Assembly: GCF_006345805.1 (NCBI RefSeq)
Contig: NW_021833888.1
Span: 1 to 53,514 of the forward strand
Reading direction: 5' to 3'
DNA: 53,514 bases
Source: Octopus sinensis
Lineage: Eukaryota
Shown: positions 13,622-25,892 of the stretch, piece by piece
Numbering within the stretch: position 1 is the first letter of the stretch
Layout: the number at the start of each line of letters is the position of its first letter
Program-made: the position numbers and the translations under genes
The notes under the pieces: generated by a model
What the model was told of the DNA's origin: nothing
Seen by the model: only the letters and a program-made list of their open reading frames with translations
Database searches by the model: none

Positions 13622-13984
13622 TTTGCTGTTGTTAGTGAGGAGCTAGAATAAATATGCCGTGAATAGCACATTGAGCTTGGAATGATGTTGAGGTTTCAAA
13701 CAACGTACGTAAATATACACACAAGAAATTGGCATCTCATTAAATGAGGCAAAGTAAAGATACCTATCGATACCAGACCCTATTAAACGTGTAATTATTT
13801 ACAAAATCATATTACAAAGCAAATGTACACTATGATGATAAAGACTTAAAGATTACTCGTTAAAGATCCTACACCATATTCAAATTATATTATCATTATT
13901 ATTAGTATTATTATCATATACTTAATTTTTTCATCGTTTAATATACAGATATAATATTTAGGTCAGCGAACAAGAGAAAGATTA

Positions 13985-14400
13985 CTCGTTAAAGATGCAA
14001 CAACCTTGAAACGCTACTCTGTATTTTCACATTGCAGAAGCCATGCTTCCTGACGACATCGCGATTTAAAATGAAGATTATGGATTTTGTAATAGAACAG
14101 GAATTGGAATAATCCAGTTATAAAAAGGCATGATTGAAAGTGACATCATTATAAAGGGATAATATAGGGAACAATTGATTGCGTAGGCATATAAGGCCAT
14201 ACCTGTTGTTGAGATTGCAATTACTCTTTACGTGATTGCACTTTTCACATCGGATGAAATTATCAAAAACGTCCAATAAACAGCAATGTCCATCGTTGCA
14301 TAAAAGAAACCTGTTGCTCCAAAATTCCTTAATTGTGCATTGATTACGAGAAATTAGACATAAAGTTGCAAAATATTTTCTTAATGGTTAAATAAACTAA
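13985..14400 (-). pseudogene. Degraded 7TM C-terminal helices (adhesion/Mth-like GPCR?)
   Basis: Manual translation GFFYATMDIAVYWTFLIISS...*RVIAISTTGMALY resembles LLFNIMGILYWRSMLV...VIISALTTAMPSV in the 26102-26503 ORF. Contains stops and frameshifts. Confidence 0.35.
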
Positions 14401-14433
14401 CGATATTGCTTACACTATGCTTCCATAATCTTA

Positions 14434-14529
14434 AAACTTCGTTATTTTGATCATCTCGATGTCTAGTTCATGTGTGTGTGTATACAGACACATGAACTAG
14501 ACATCGAGATGATCAAAATAACGAAGTTT
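14434..14529. repeat. Near-perfect palindrome (fold-back)
   Basis: AAACTTCGTTATTTTGATCATCTCGATGTCTAGTTCATGTGT is mirrored by ACACATGAACTAGACATCGAGATGATCAAAATAACGAAGTTT. Confidence 0.95.
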
Positions 14530-14695
14530 CAACCACAAAAATACATGTTTCAACCACAAAAATACATGTTTCCCATGAAAGTCAGTACGATTGTTAGCTC
14601 ACACGGACAGGGCAAATAAAAAATAACAAAAATACAGATTATTTTGGGACAATTGTTTCGCTATTAATGAATTAAATGTAATTTTACTTACAAAA

Positions 14696-14815
14696 AGGAG
14701 TGGCTCTGTGGTAAGTAGCTTGCTTACGAACCACATGGTTCCGAGTTCATTCCCATTGCGGGCTGACCAAAGCCATGTGAGTGGATTTGGTAGACGGAAT
14801 TGATAGACTGAAAGA
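14696..14815 (+). mobile_element. Partial SINE family B
   Basis: GGAGTGGCTCTGTGGTAAGTAGCTTGCTTACGAACCACATGGTTCC head with an internal deletion. Confidence 0.8.
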
Positions 14816-15064
14816 AATGTTGAAGAAGCACGTCACACATCTCCAAGAACCCAATGGTACCACTTTCTAATGCATCAGCGTGAATCATTGTATGTACATG
14901 AAATTTTATTGGTGATATTCTTGTACTATGGACTGGCGTTGTTATTCCAAGATTCAACTTTATCAGCAGACGTCACGTTACTACTACATATGAAATACAG
15001 ATTGAGGATGCATGTTGTCTGCCAAATAATCAAGCACACATCGTGAGAGACACTGAGCGAGATT

Positions 15065-15125
<61 letters not shown>

Positions 15126-15279
15126 ATATATATATATATAGCGTCCAATAACACTATACTTGTTCCACGTCCTCGCGTTGTTGTGTTTTCTCTTTGTGTT
15201 TTCATGTTTGGATTAACTATATATATGCATATGTATATATCTATATATATATCTATATCTATCTATCTATCTATCTATC

Positions 15280-15321
<42 letters not shown>

Positions 15322-15339
15322 CGTGTGTGTGTGTGTGTA

Positions 15340-15370
<31 letters not shown>

Positions 15371-15499
15371 GCGTACATATATATGTATGTATGCATGTAC
15401 GTGTATGTGTGTGCGCGGGTGTATATGTGCTTCCATATGTGAATGTGTCTGTGTCTTCGTGTTTCCCCTTTATAAACTTTGAACTTAACATTTACAATT

Positions 15500-16140
15500 T
15501 TTTATGAAGGATATCACACCCTTAGAAGCCACATGTCACTCCAGTGTTCGCAATATAAATAAGCGAGCAACGTACTTTATTAGCTTGTATTTGTGATTAC
15601 AATGCCTACTACGGAGAATATTCGATCAAAGAAAAATTCAGTAATAAAAATTCAATAACTACGACGCCAATTTGGACTGCGTATGCGTTATATGTCTCCA
15701 AAAATCTTGAGAACACAAAACAATATCATTGTTGTTACTAAATAATGCTAAGACCTTTCCCCTTTGCAAATATATCAGCATTTATTTTTATGTTAGTATG
15801 TTAGATCACTATTCTTTTCTTCTGTTATACTTTCTGTTTAGTAAGATCATGACATTCCTATCAATGTATACGGCTTCATCGCTCACTGCTTTGTTCTCTG
15901 TAGTATAAGTGATTGCCAGACGGCTAGAACATTTTGTTCTATAACATTCTGAAGTTATAAAACCTGCTGCGATAATAAACTTTTTCGTACTTGTTTATTC
16001 AAGATGTTATTCAATGTACAATATGCGATCAATTGGATTACGTGCTGACATATTGTAGTCAAGAATTTATTGTACTGAAGTTTTATCATCAGACAACTAG
16101 AAAATAATATATTTTCGTAAAAATAATTGTATCTGGACAA
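15500..16140 (-). pseudogene. Degraded stalk plus TM1 of an adhesion/Mth-like GPCR
   Basis: 15621-15551 translates to IFSVVGIVITNTS**STLLAYLY. This fits the class-B/adhesion TM1 pattern (I.S.VG..IS...L..TL..Y) if the two TAA codons derive from TTA (Leu). Confidence 0.4.
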
Positions 16141-16344
16141 GAGGTGTAAATATCTTGAATATAAAATTTAGAATGCAAATTAAAACGAAGTGATCGATTG
16201 TGTTTTAAATTATATCAAGAAGTTGTGTTGAGTTGTAAATTATTAACTTCCACCTTGATTACAGACTTAAATGTCTTTGTATACACCCATATTTTTTGTA
16301 TATATATACCTCTCTCTTCCGCTGCGCCTCTCTATTACACACAC

Positions 16345-16759
16345 AGGCGTAGGAGTGGTTGTGTGGTAAGTAGCATACCTACGAACCACATGGTTCAAGG
16401 TTCAGTCCCACTGCGTGGCACCTTGGGCAAATATCTTCTACTATAGTCTCGGGCCAACCAAAGCATTGTGAGTTGATTTGGTAGATGGAAACTGAAAGAA
16501 GCCCGTCGTATATATTTATGTATATATATGTATATATGTATGCGTGTGTATACGTTTGTGTGTCTGTGTTTGTCCCCTCCAACTTCGCCTGACAACCGAT
16601 GCTGGTGTGTTTACGTCCCCATAACTTAGCGGTTCGGCAAAATAGACCGATAGATTAAGTACTTGGCTTACAAAGAATAATTTCCGGGGTCGATTTGCTC
16701 CAGTAAAGGCGGTGCTCCAGCATGGCCACGGTCACATTACTGAAACAAGTAAAAGAGTA
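16345..16759 (+). mobile_element. Full-length SINE family B
   Basis: tRNA-like head (GTGTGGTAAG...GGTTCAGTCCC), internal TA/TG microsatellite, 3' end ACTGAAACAAGTAAAAGAGTA. Matches 22376, 34826 and 50380. Confidence 0.9.
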
Positions 16760-17283
16760 TATAAATATACAAAATAATTTCTTCGATTCACGTAATGTAC
16801 TATTGTTTACCACATCCACACTTTTTGTAACTCACAAAAGAAAAGGAGACGGTTTACAGGAGGCAGTTTGCGTTTCTGTTGAGTGTGGGATTAACAGTTG
16901 TATGCTTCTCATATATGTTATTGTAAACTGCGGGAATAAGAGACAAATAACTTCAGTTAAGTCTTTGGGATTTGCGATGAGTAAGATTGAATTATGTGAG
17001 AGATTCCAGCAAAGGGTCTACGTTTCAGCTACTTGAAGTGTGCGGTAATGACAGCGATGGTAACGATGATTAGGAAAAGAATTATATGATGAAGGTTAGT
17101 GATGTTGGTGATTGGAATGGTGATGGTAATGCTGAAAGAAGACTCGGTCGTTTGGAAGCGGTGGTAGTAACAGTGGTCGCAACGAATGACGACGATGATG
17201 ATGATTCTATATGAAGGAAGGAAGAGAAGAGGAGGAGAAAAATGTTTATGAAAACTACGAGGACAGCGACGGTAATGGTGATA

Positions 17284-17516
17284 AGGCGGCGAGCTGGCAG
17301 AAACGTTAGCACGCCGGGCGAAATGCGTGGCCGTATTTCGTCTGGCCTTACGTTCTGAGTTCAAATTCCGCCGAGGTCGACTTTGCCTTTCATCCTTTCG
17401 GGGTCGATGAATTAAGGACCAGTTACGCACTGTGGTCGATGTAATCCACTTAATCCGTTTGTCTGTCCTTATTTGTCCCCTCTATGCTTAGCCTCTTGTG
17501 GGTAGTGAAGAAAAAA
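17284..17516 (+). mobile_element. SINE family A
   Basis: Full-length. TSD GGTAATGGTGAT at 17271-17282 and 17517-17528. Confidence 0.9.
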
Positions 17517-17899
17517 GGTAATGGTGATCTTCGTGATGATGATGATGATGAGGAGGAGGAGGAGGATGACGTTGATGATGATGTAGAGGAAGAGGGGGAT
17601 GCTAATGGCGAAGATGATTAAATGCTTGGTTTTGCATAGTTAAGGATTTTTGCTTTTTATTTTCTCGTCTATTTGTATTTATGGACTCAACAAAATAAAG
17701 GACCACACGAACCAACATTAGATTAAGATATCTCGGTTTTTACTAATTGCGCAAAATCGGTTATGTACTAATCAACAAAGAATAATATTTAGATAGTCTT
17801 TGCATTAATTGATTTATATACACTTTTTAAAAGTATGACTGGTACGTGGTGTGACGATAGAGGCCACAACCACCAGATTACTGTGATAACCATACCATC

Positions 17900-18290
17900 T
17901 AGATAATTTAGCATGTCGCTTGGTGGCTGACGCTACGAGTAGGAGTAGTGTGGTGCCTCATAGCCATATGTTGAGAGGGATTCTTTGGGGTTTGAATAGT
18001 TCATATCTGGAAGCATGGGAGTTTTGTTAATCATACTTAACCAAACCTTATTCAGAGACCTTTTCGGTAGGATATGCAACTCGACTTGAAGAAAATTCTA
18101 ACTGCTCCCCACCAGCAAAATCATACGCTTTTGATTTTTATATCAGATCAACATTTAGCGCACATAGAGCTGTGATGTATGTGCCCTTATGACACGGGTA
18201 ATCATGATGGGTATATTGGGCTTCTTATATTTGTACCCCAGTCTCACTTTGATGGCATGTATGGCCCTCTCACTCAATAATAATAATTAT
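17900..18290 (+). mobile_element. Probable LINE 3'-UTR-type fragment ending in an (AAT)n tail
   Basis: GC-richer block ending CTCTCACTCAATAATAATAAT. The family is not determinable from this window. Confidence 0.35.
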
Positions 18291-18299
18291 TATTATCAT

Positions 18300-18300
18300 T

Positions 18301-18337
<37 letters not shown>

Positions 18338-18342
18338 AAGTC

Positions 18343-18376
<34 letters not shown>

Positions 18377-18463
18377 AAGTCGTAGTAGTAGTAGTAGAAG
18401 TCGTAGTAGTAGTAGTAGTAGTAACAGCAGTAGTATTGGTATTATTATTATTATTATTATTAT

Positions 18464-18500
<37 letters not shown>
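18300..18500. repeat. (AGT)n/(ATT)n compound microsatellite
   Basis: Direct reading of the sequence. Confidence 0.95.
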
Positions 18501-18501
<1 letters not shown>

Positions 18502-18932
18502 TTTAACTCTGCGCCAGTCAATGTGCAAGATATACAAAGATAAATGTATAGATGCAGACACACACATATATACACACACACACAAACAGACACACACACA
18601 CACATGCACATATACATCCGTGTATATAATTAGATCGGCCGATATGTATGAAACAAATATTTAAAAAAAAAACCGCAAATCGCACATAAATATATAACAA
18701 TGAATCGATAGAGAAATAAGAAGATTAAATATAACGTCGTGCTTTACGAAGGAGTTAGCAGAAATATATTTTAGCTTTGTTAAAGAAAAATATATTTACA
18801 TAGACAGAACGTATAAGTAATACACTAATCTATACAGTATTTCTTAGATATACATATCTACATTTGCACAGTTACATTCATAAGATATATGCGTTGGTAA
18901 GGGGTAATGCATCTGCGTGTGCTTATACATAC

Positions 18933-18966
<34 letters not shown>

Positions 18967-18984
18967 ATATATATATATATATAG

Positions 18985-19023
<39 letters not shown>

Positions 19024-19028
19024 TACAT

Positions 19029-19073
<45 letters not shown>

Positions 19074-19127
19074 ATATATAATATATACATATATATATAT
19101 ATTATATATATAATATATATATTTATA

Positions 19128-19182
<55 letters not shown>

Positions 19183-19682
19183 GTAAATGCACGGATACAT
19201 ATATGTGTGTGTGTGAGATTGTGTGTGTTTGTGTGAAATATTTTACCGTGTCTGTACTTGCAAATAAGTATATGCAGTTGTTAACTTAATAGAAAATAAT
19301 GCTTTCTCTTGTTCGCTGACCTAAATATTATATCTGTATATTAAACAATGAAAAAATTAAGTATATGATAATACTACTATTAATAATAATAATAATATGG
19401 TGAATTATATTGATTTTTAACTTTGGCACAATGAAATACATTCTAGAAAATTTTTGATTGTGTAGATTTTGGAGACACGCAACAATATTTTTTAAAATTC
19501 ATTTCTGAAGAAAGGCAAAATGCATTTCAAAGATTTGAACACAGGATTTAGAGATATATATGTAAATATAATATTTATTCTTACTTTGTCGAGGGCTCCA
19601 AATGGTTCTACCATTCAACATCTGAATGGATTCCTTTGTTTTACAGGTGTTAATTCACTCAGTTAATAAATCGTCCTGTACG

Positions 19683-19862
19683 AGGCAGCGAGCTGGCGGG
19701 GACGTTAGCACGCCGGGTGGTATTTCGTCTGTCTTTACGTTCTGAGTTCAAATTCCGCCGAGGTCGATTTTGCTTTTCAGAGTTGATAAATTGAATCCCA
19801 GTTGATCTAATCGACTGGCCTCTCCTCCAAAATTTCGGAACTTGTGCCTAGATTAGAAAAGA
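19683..19862 (+). mobile_element. SINE family A variant with an alternative 3' end
   Basis: Family A head. The 3' part (..ccaaaatttcggaacttgtgcc) is similar to the copies at 25645 and 38895. Confidence 0.75.
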
Positions 19863-20017
19863 ATGGGTTTTTCAAGCAGGCTGGATTCATTGGCGAAGGG
19901 AATTTGGAAACAAAAGGTTGTTTCGACTTGGTCGACTTTCTCCAATACACCAGGCAATCACTGAATTTATTGGAAGTCATTTAAAGATACATATTTAGTG
20001 AAAAATAAAGCGCTACA

Positions 20018-20285
20018 CAGTGGAACTTCGTTTTATGAGTTTAATCCGTTTCTGAAGGACTTTCGTCGACCAGATTGTTCGTAAATCCAGACTATTTTTC
20101 CCTAGATGGAAATTCCCGAGAATTTGAGGAGGGAAGTTCAATCTCCCGCTTATTATCCCAGCTTGTCATCAAACGTTCTTGTCGGCCTGCGCATTCGTTA
20201 CTCAGTATATCATTCGTCATCCAAGGAGTATTACATTCGAAAAGTTGTTAGTGATGAGAGACGACTGTAAACCGAGGTTCCACTA
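20018..20285. mobile_element. Tigger/pogo-like MITE
   Basis: Imperfect TIRs CAGTGGAACTTCGTTTTA and TAAACCGAGGTTCCACTA, with TA on the right flank. CAGT-type ends are typical of Tigger elements. Confidence 0.6.
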
Positions 20286-20438
20286 TACACACTTCTCGCT
20301 TTAACAGTTATAGAAAAAAATTAGATCAGCAGAATCATCTCGAAACGGCTATGTCTGGAGAGTGTTTGGAAGATATTGATGCAATATTATCAATGTAAGA
20401 GGCTAAGTGTATGTTTTGAGGATGTGTAGGAAACTCGA

Positions 20439-20838
20439 AGGCGGCGAGCTGGCAGGATCGTTAGCACGCCGAACGAAATGTTTTGTGGTATTTGGTCCGC
20501 CGCTGCTTTCTGAGTTCAGATTCCGCCGGGGTCGACTTTACCTTTCATACTTTCGGGGTCGATTAAATAAGTACGCACTAGGTTCGATATAATCCGTTTG
20601 TCTGTCCTTGTTTGTCCCCTGTGTGTTTAGCCCCTTGTGTGTAGTAAAGAAATAGGTATTTCGTCTGCCGCAACGTTCTGAGTTGAAATTCCGCCGAGGT
20701 CGACTTTACCTTTCATCCTTTCGGGGTCAATCAAATAAGTACCAGTTACGCACTGGGGTCGATGTAATCGACTTAATCCATTTGTCTGTCCTTGTTTGTC
20801 CTCTCTGTGTTTAGCTCCTTGTGGGTAGTAAAGAAATA
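20439..20838 (+). mobile_element. Tandem dimer of SINE family A
   Basis: The second unit is joined via AAGAAATAGGTATTTCGTCTG at about 20647-20667. Diverged TSD GATGTGTAGGAAACTCG / GATGTGTGGGGAATTCG. Confidence 0.85.
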
Positions 20839-21137
20839 GATGTGTGGGGAATTCGTGTGGAAACATTTTAATTAGAATGGGTGAGAAGACGAGGAGCTAC
20901 ACATCATTCGGGAAACCGCAATTAAGGAAGCATATATAAATCGGAGACATACCAGTATTTTACGTATATTTCTAAAGAATATTCCGTTAAAGTTGTTTAA
21001 GTGCAGTACAGTGAATGGTGTAGCTGATGTCGATGGCAATTAGTATGAATGTGTGTGATTTTCTGTCCTTGTGATATCAAGTTATAGATTTTAGTGACTT
21101 GATCCATACTGTGATTTGAAAACGACAGGATGTATTG

Positions 21138-21472
<335 letters not shown>

Positions 21473-21539
21473 AATTTGTATGTTTCTTGTGCCAGATACA
21501 CATTTTGTAAAGTGTGGTTTGGGCGAATACCTTAAAAAG

Positions 21540-22320
21540 TAACATAGCTCCTTAAATCTATTTCACTTGTATTTTGTTGCACAGGAATCAGCTTCATATG
21601 ATTTTCCCCAAAATTCCGCTGTTGGTGTTTGCGGCGTGAATACCGGCGGGTTGTAGATGAATACCTGAGGCAGTATTATGTTTGAAGCAACAAATCTACA
21701 GCATATGTACCCCAAATACAAAATAGACAATAAATTAAAAAGATACACAGGAACATACTGACAGCATTCATAGAAACTGCATACATAGGATAGAAATAAA
21801 CGAGAACATTAGCTTACAAGCGATAGATTAAAGCACAAATGAATGCAACAATGCTTTCTGAACTGCTGAATTCTCCACAACAAACTGCAATAAATTACGG
21901 AGAACATAGAAGTGCAATTCCCCACAAACCATATCTGCATCAGTTATGCATCAAAATGTTGTGTACACATAGAGAAATCTGCTTTCTCTAGAGCCTCATT
22001 AGCACAATTTTGAGAAGGACATCGCCATTGGCTAGTGCAACCTAACAATTGCTAATCCACAAATCCATAACCTCTTTAATGGAGATTTGCTACGGACACC
22101 ACCGACATATGTAGGAATATGTCCTGATGCTGAGAATACTATTTATCAAAACTAATATATTCCATGAGCTACAATCTATTCATCTCTGCATTTCTGAATG
22201 CCCTATATTGCTCTGAGCAAGAAATCGGTATGGTGTATCCAAAAAGAGACACGTGAGCCTTTATGCATCGTTCGGTGTAATGTTTACCATAGGTTGTCTA
22301 TAACACAGCTCACCGGCTGA
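21540..22320 (-). pseudogene. Degraded stalk plus TM1-TM3 of an adhesion/Mth-like GPCR
   Basis: One frame with two stops reads FSMCTQHFDA*LMQIWFVGNCTSMFSVIYCSLLWRIQQFRKHCCIHLCFNLSLVS*CSRLFLSYVCSFYECCQYVPVYLFNLLSILYLGYICCRF. This gives a TM1-like I..VG...S, a TM2-like NLSL and a Cys-led TM3-like segment. Confidence 0.5.
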
Positions 22321-22375
22321 TAGCAAATAATAATAAGATATTCACAAAATTACGAATCGTGTGTTTTATTTCCCC

Positions 22376-22778
22376 ACTCTTTTACTCTTTTACTCTTTTA
22401 TTTGTTTCAGTCATTTGACTGCGGCCATGCTGGAGCACCGCCTTTTAGTCGAGCAAATCAACCCCGGGACTTATTCTTTGTAAGCCCAGTACTTATTCTA
22501 TCGGTCTCTTTTGCCGAACCACTAAGTGACGGGGACGTAAACACACCAGCATCAGTTGTCAAGCGATGGTAGGGGGACAAACACAGACACACACATACAT
22601 ACATATATATATACATATATACGACAGGCTTCTTTCAGTTTCCGTCTACCAAATCCACTCACAAGGCATTGGTCGGCCCGGGGCTATAGCAGAAGACAAT
22701 TGCCCAAGATGCCACGCAGTGGGACTGAACCCGGAACCATGTGGCTGGTTAGCAAGCTACTTACCACACAGCTGCTCC
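22376..22778 (-). mobile_element. Full-length SINE family B
   Basis: Reverse complement of the 16345 copy, with a (TAAAAGAG)n tail. Confidence 0.9.
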
Positions 22779-23512
22779 ACCACTGTCTATATATTCAATA
22801 TTTCAGGCATTGCAAGTAAAGCATTCAAATGAACTTGATTCATAAACACTATATTCATTTCGTATTTGAGCTCCAAACAGATCCAAGAAGAGAAATTAAC
22901 TCATTGAAAGCAAATCTCAAAATATGTAACGCATATATGTTATGGAACGGAAAGCACGTCATTAAAAAAAACTAAAGTCTATTTTCGAACCGTAATTGTT
23001 TTCATTAAAACCAGCGATAGCGTATCTAATTTGATTATTCAATTTTTGGCAAAATTTAGGATTTTACGTAATTTATTTTGTTAGTTGGATCCTAATCCAA
23101 GTTTAGCGATATCAAGTAGACCAAACAGTAAACTTTCCTGTTGTAATCATGTTTCTGAATCTCAAGTTGATGGTTAATTGAATAGATTAAATTAATTATG
23201 TTTACTCGCCCGACACATCGTTTGTTCCACGGTCTGAATCCAAACTCTTACATTTCAATTTTTATTAAAATTCTAATATATCACCAATGATATGGCGGAA
23301 TAATTTCAATTAACTTTACAGCTAACATATATATATAGATACATATACACACATATATATATATATATATATCTATATATATATATATATAATATATATA
23401 TATAATATATATATATGTTAGCTGTAAAGTTAATTGAAATATATATATATATATATATATATAACAATGATAAATCTCAGAGCGAGTTATAAACAGTAGC
23501 GGTAACACACCG

Positions 23513-23727
23513 TGATGCATATTTGCCATTTGAATATGGCTAACCCATAAGGGTGGATGCTACTGTAGTTTGTAGCCCCAGGAAGATATCTCCTCCAGCT
23601 GGCTATAGACACAGGACACAGATAGTGTGTCTATAGCCAGCTGGAGGAGATATTTTCCTGGGGCTACAAACTACAGTAGTATCCACCCTTATGGGTTTGC
23701 CATATTCAAATGGCAAATATGCATCAC
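23513..23727. repeat. Fold-back inverted duplication with about 100-bp arms
   Basis: GTGATGCATATTTGCCATTTGAATATGGC...CTATAGACAC, a short loop, then GTGTCTATAG...GCCATATTCAAATGGCAAATATGCATCAC. Few mismatches; (TA)n lies close on both sides. Confidence 0.95.
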
Positions 23728-23769
23728 TATATATATATATATATATACATATATATAAACATATATGAA

Positions 23770-24120
23770 AAAAGCAAAAACGGTGAATGAAATCTGAAAC
23801 TGAAACCTCTGCTGGATACAGACACATTAAAAAGTTGTGACTGATGTTTTCTGATATAATACACAGATACCAAATACCTCTTTGCGCATAAACACAAATC
23901 TGGTAACAGCATAGATAATTGAACAATTATCTGTAATCCAGCCTTCCATCGGCAGTTTGCTGGGATGCATGTCGCCATTTGTAACTGAGGTGAAACAGCA
24001 TCTCTCTCTCCAAACTTGTTTCATACATATTTGTTTTAGAAAGATTTATGTGACAATACGGAAATTCTGGGTTCAGCCAGGCACGGGAACGCTTGTCTTA
24101 TCAAAAAAAACTAAATTTAC
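23770..24120 (-). pseudogene. Possible Cys-rich N-terminal ectodomain remnant of the 21540-22320 GPCR-like gene
   Basis: AAG TTT GGA GA[GAGAGA]TGC TGT suggests a K-F-G-D-C-C (somatomedin-B-like) motif broken by GA expansion, followed by WITDNCS. Weak. Confidence 0.25.
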
Positions 24121-24367
24121 TAATGGATTCTGATGGATTTTATAAATCATATTAAGTCAGTAATTACTGGCAGCAAATTTATTAGTTATTCTGTTGTATC
24201 ATACATAATGAAATTCTGCATACATTGGACGCAATTTATTAGATCTTACTCAGCAACTTAGCGTCATTTCTCTTCTAGACGACTATCGAATTATTTATTT
24301 GTATTAACTATCTTATGACATTTCATCAATCAGCGTCAGAATGTAATCACAAACTACTTAACTTATA

Positions 24368-24796
24368 TGATCTTTTCGATTTGAACGGCAGTTTTTTCTA
24401 GCGGTGTCATATGAAATTGTCACCCATAATTATGACCCTAGTATCGGTCTATTGCATTTCAATCTGTTTTAGGGTTAGGGTAAAGGTTAGAGATAGGGTG
24501 GGAGAAGGGTATCTTTTTTCTTCACAAATGTAAAGAAACCCAATCTGTTTCTTAAACGAGGGACATATTCATACGGCACAGAATGTTTTCACCTCAATAG
24601 ACGGTCATTGATTGGTTGAAATTGCAGAAATTGAAGAAAAAAAAACAACAAATATCTTACAAACCATAGAATTTTCTCAATAAAGCCAAGAGAAAAATGA
24701 TGTTTTATAAACACATTCTACCAGTATACGAAGTTTAAAAGTGTTTAATTACGTGGAAATTATTTTACAAAACTGCCGTTCAAACCGAAAAGATCC
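24368..24796. mobile_element. MITE with GGATCTTTTCGGTTTGAACGGCAGTTTT TIRs and internal TTAGGG-like repeats
   Basis: About 28-bp TIRs. 8-bp TSD AACTTATA at 24360-24367 and 24797-24804. A second copy lies at 42767. Confidence 0.9.
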
Positions 24797-25189
24797 AACT
24801 TATATACACAAGAGAACAAAAGGTTACTTTTCATTGTTCCTTTTTCCTCTGCTGCGAAACATTAATACCTTTTGAACTGAGACATTATTGTACGGCATTG
24901 TGGATTTTGACTGTATCCATCACCCTACCAATTTGACAATAGCTGTTGGCTGTTGTACGAAAAATATCAGTTCTTTTGAGAATAAATACGTCCTTACGTG
25001 TATGTTAACAGACACAACAATATAATGAAGTACAAACTTATATATTAATTTTGCTGTTCTAAGCTGCCACGAAACCAGAATCTTTAGAAGGTTAAAAAAA
25101 ATTGCATGTGACGAGATTTCAAATGTATTGAGTTCTGAGCTTCAAACCTGTCCAGGTCAACTTTTCCTTTCGTTCTTTCAGGATTCTTG

Positions 25190-25640
25190 AAAGAAGGAAT
25201 TACAGCCGTGTTTCGGGGTCTGCTACTACAACTGCTCCTTTTAGCTCAAGACATCATCAGGAGGAACCACGTCCGATTTCGGCCCCCTAGTCCGCTTCCG
25301 TTTGGACGTTGCGCCCCCCCCCCCCTTTCGGAGGTGTCTTCAGCTCTGGTGTTGGTGCATGTCTTCTTTCTTCTGTTTCCTGATCTCTTCGATGTATCGT
25401 CAGCGAGTGTCAGCCGGTAACTGACTGACTTGTCCAATATTCCCCTTTAAATACCTTTTTGCAAGGCTCCAGCAGGCAGCCCCAGCACGTGACACTCTCT
25501 CACCTTAACTGACTAGTGAAGGCGCGTAGTTTTAGCCCGCGCATTCTGTAAACGACCGTCACCTGTCAGTCAGCGAAGCTGATTCAATGTCCGCTTATCT
25601 CACCTGCTGCAGCCAATGAAATGGACTCATCACTTCCCTG
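25190..25640 (-). mobile_element. GC-rich Penelope-like pLTR fragment with multiple hammerhead cores
   Basis: Three minus-strand CTGANGA motifs (25403-25397, 25343-25337, 25260-25254). The second is followed by CACCTCC-GAAA-(G)n-C-GCAAC-GTC; the third by ...GAAAC-ACGGCT-GTA. Confidence 0.55.
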
Positions 25641-25644
25641 GAAG

Positions 25645-25830
25645 GGAATCGTTAGCACGCCGGGTAAAACGTTAGCGGCACTTCTTCTGAGCTGTAATTC
25701 CGCCGAGGTCGTCTTTGGGTTTCATCGTTTCGGTATCCATAAAATAGTATCATTTGATCCCTGGGGTCCATGTAAACGATTTACCCCCTCCTCTAAAATG
25801 ATTGTCCTTGTGCCAAAATTTGAAACCAAT
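25645..25830 (+). mobile_element. Diverged SINE family A variant
   Basis: GAATCGTTAGCACGCCGGG..AATTCCGCCGAGGTCG..TTTCATC. Confidence 0.7.
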
Positions 25831-25892
25831 GTCGCGATAAGTTTCGTATTGTTTTTGGACTTAGTATTGCTGTTTTTTTTTTCTTTCTTGTC

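Noticed and set aside
14815-14957. MCDVLLQHFF as GPCR TM3
   Set aside because: It runs directly into a SINE fragment, the surrounding peptide is not TM-like, and the block looks like a separate repeat. Treated as a chance resemblance.
24468-24500. True telomere or chromosome-fusion scar
   Set aside because: The TTAGGG-like units are few, degenerate and internal to a two-copy MITE.
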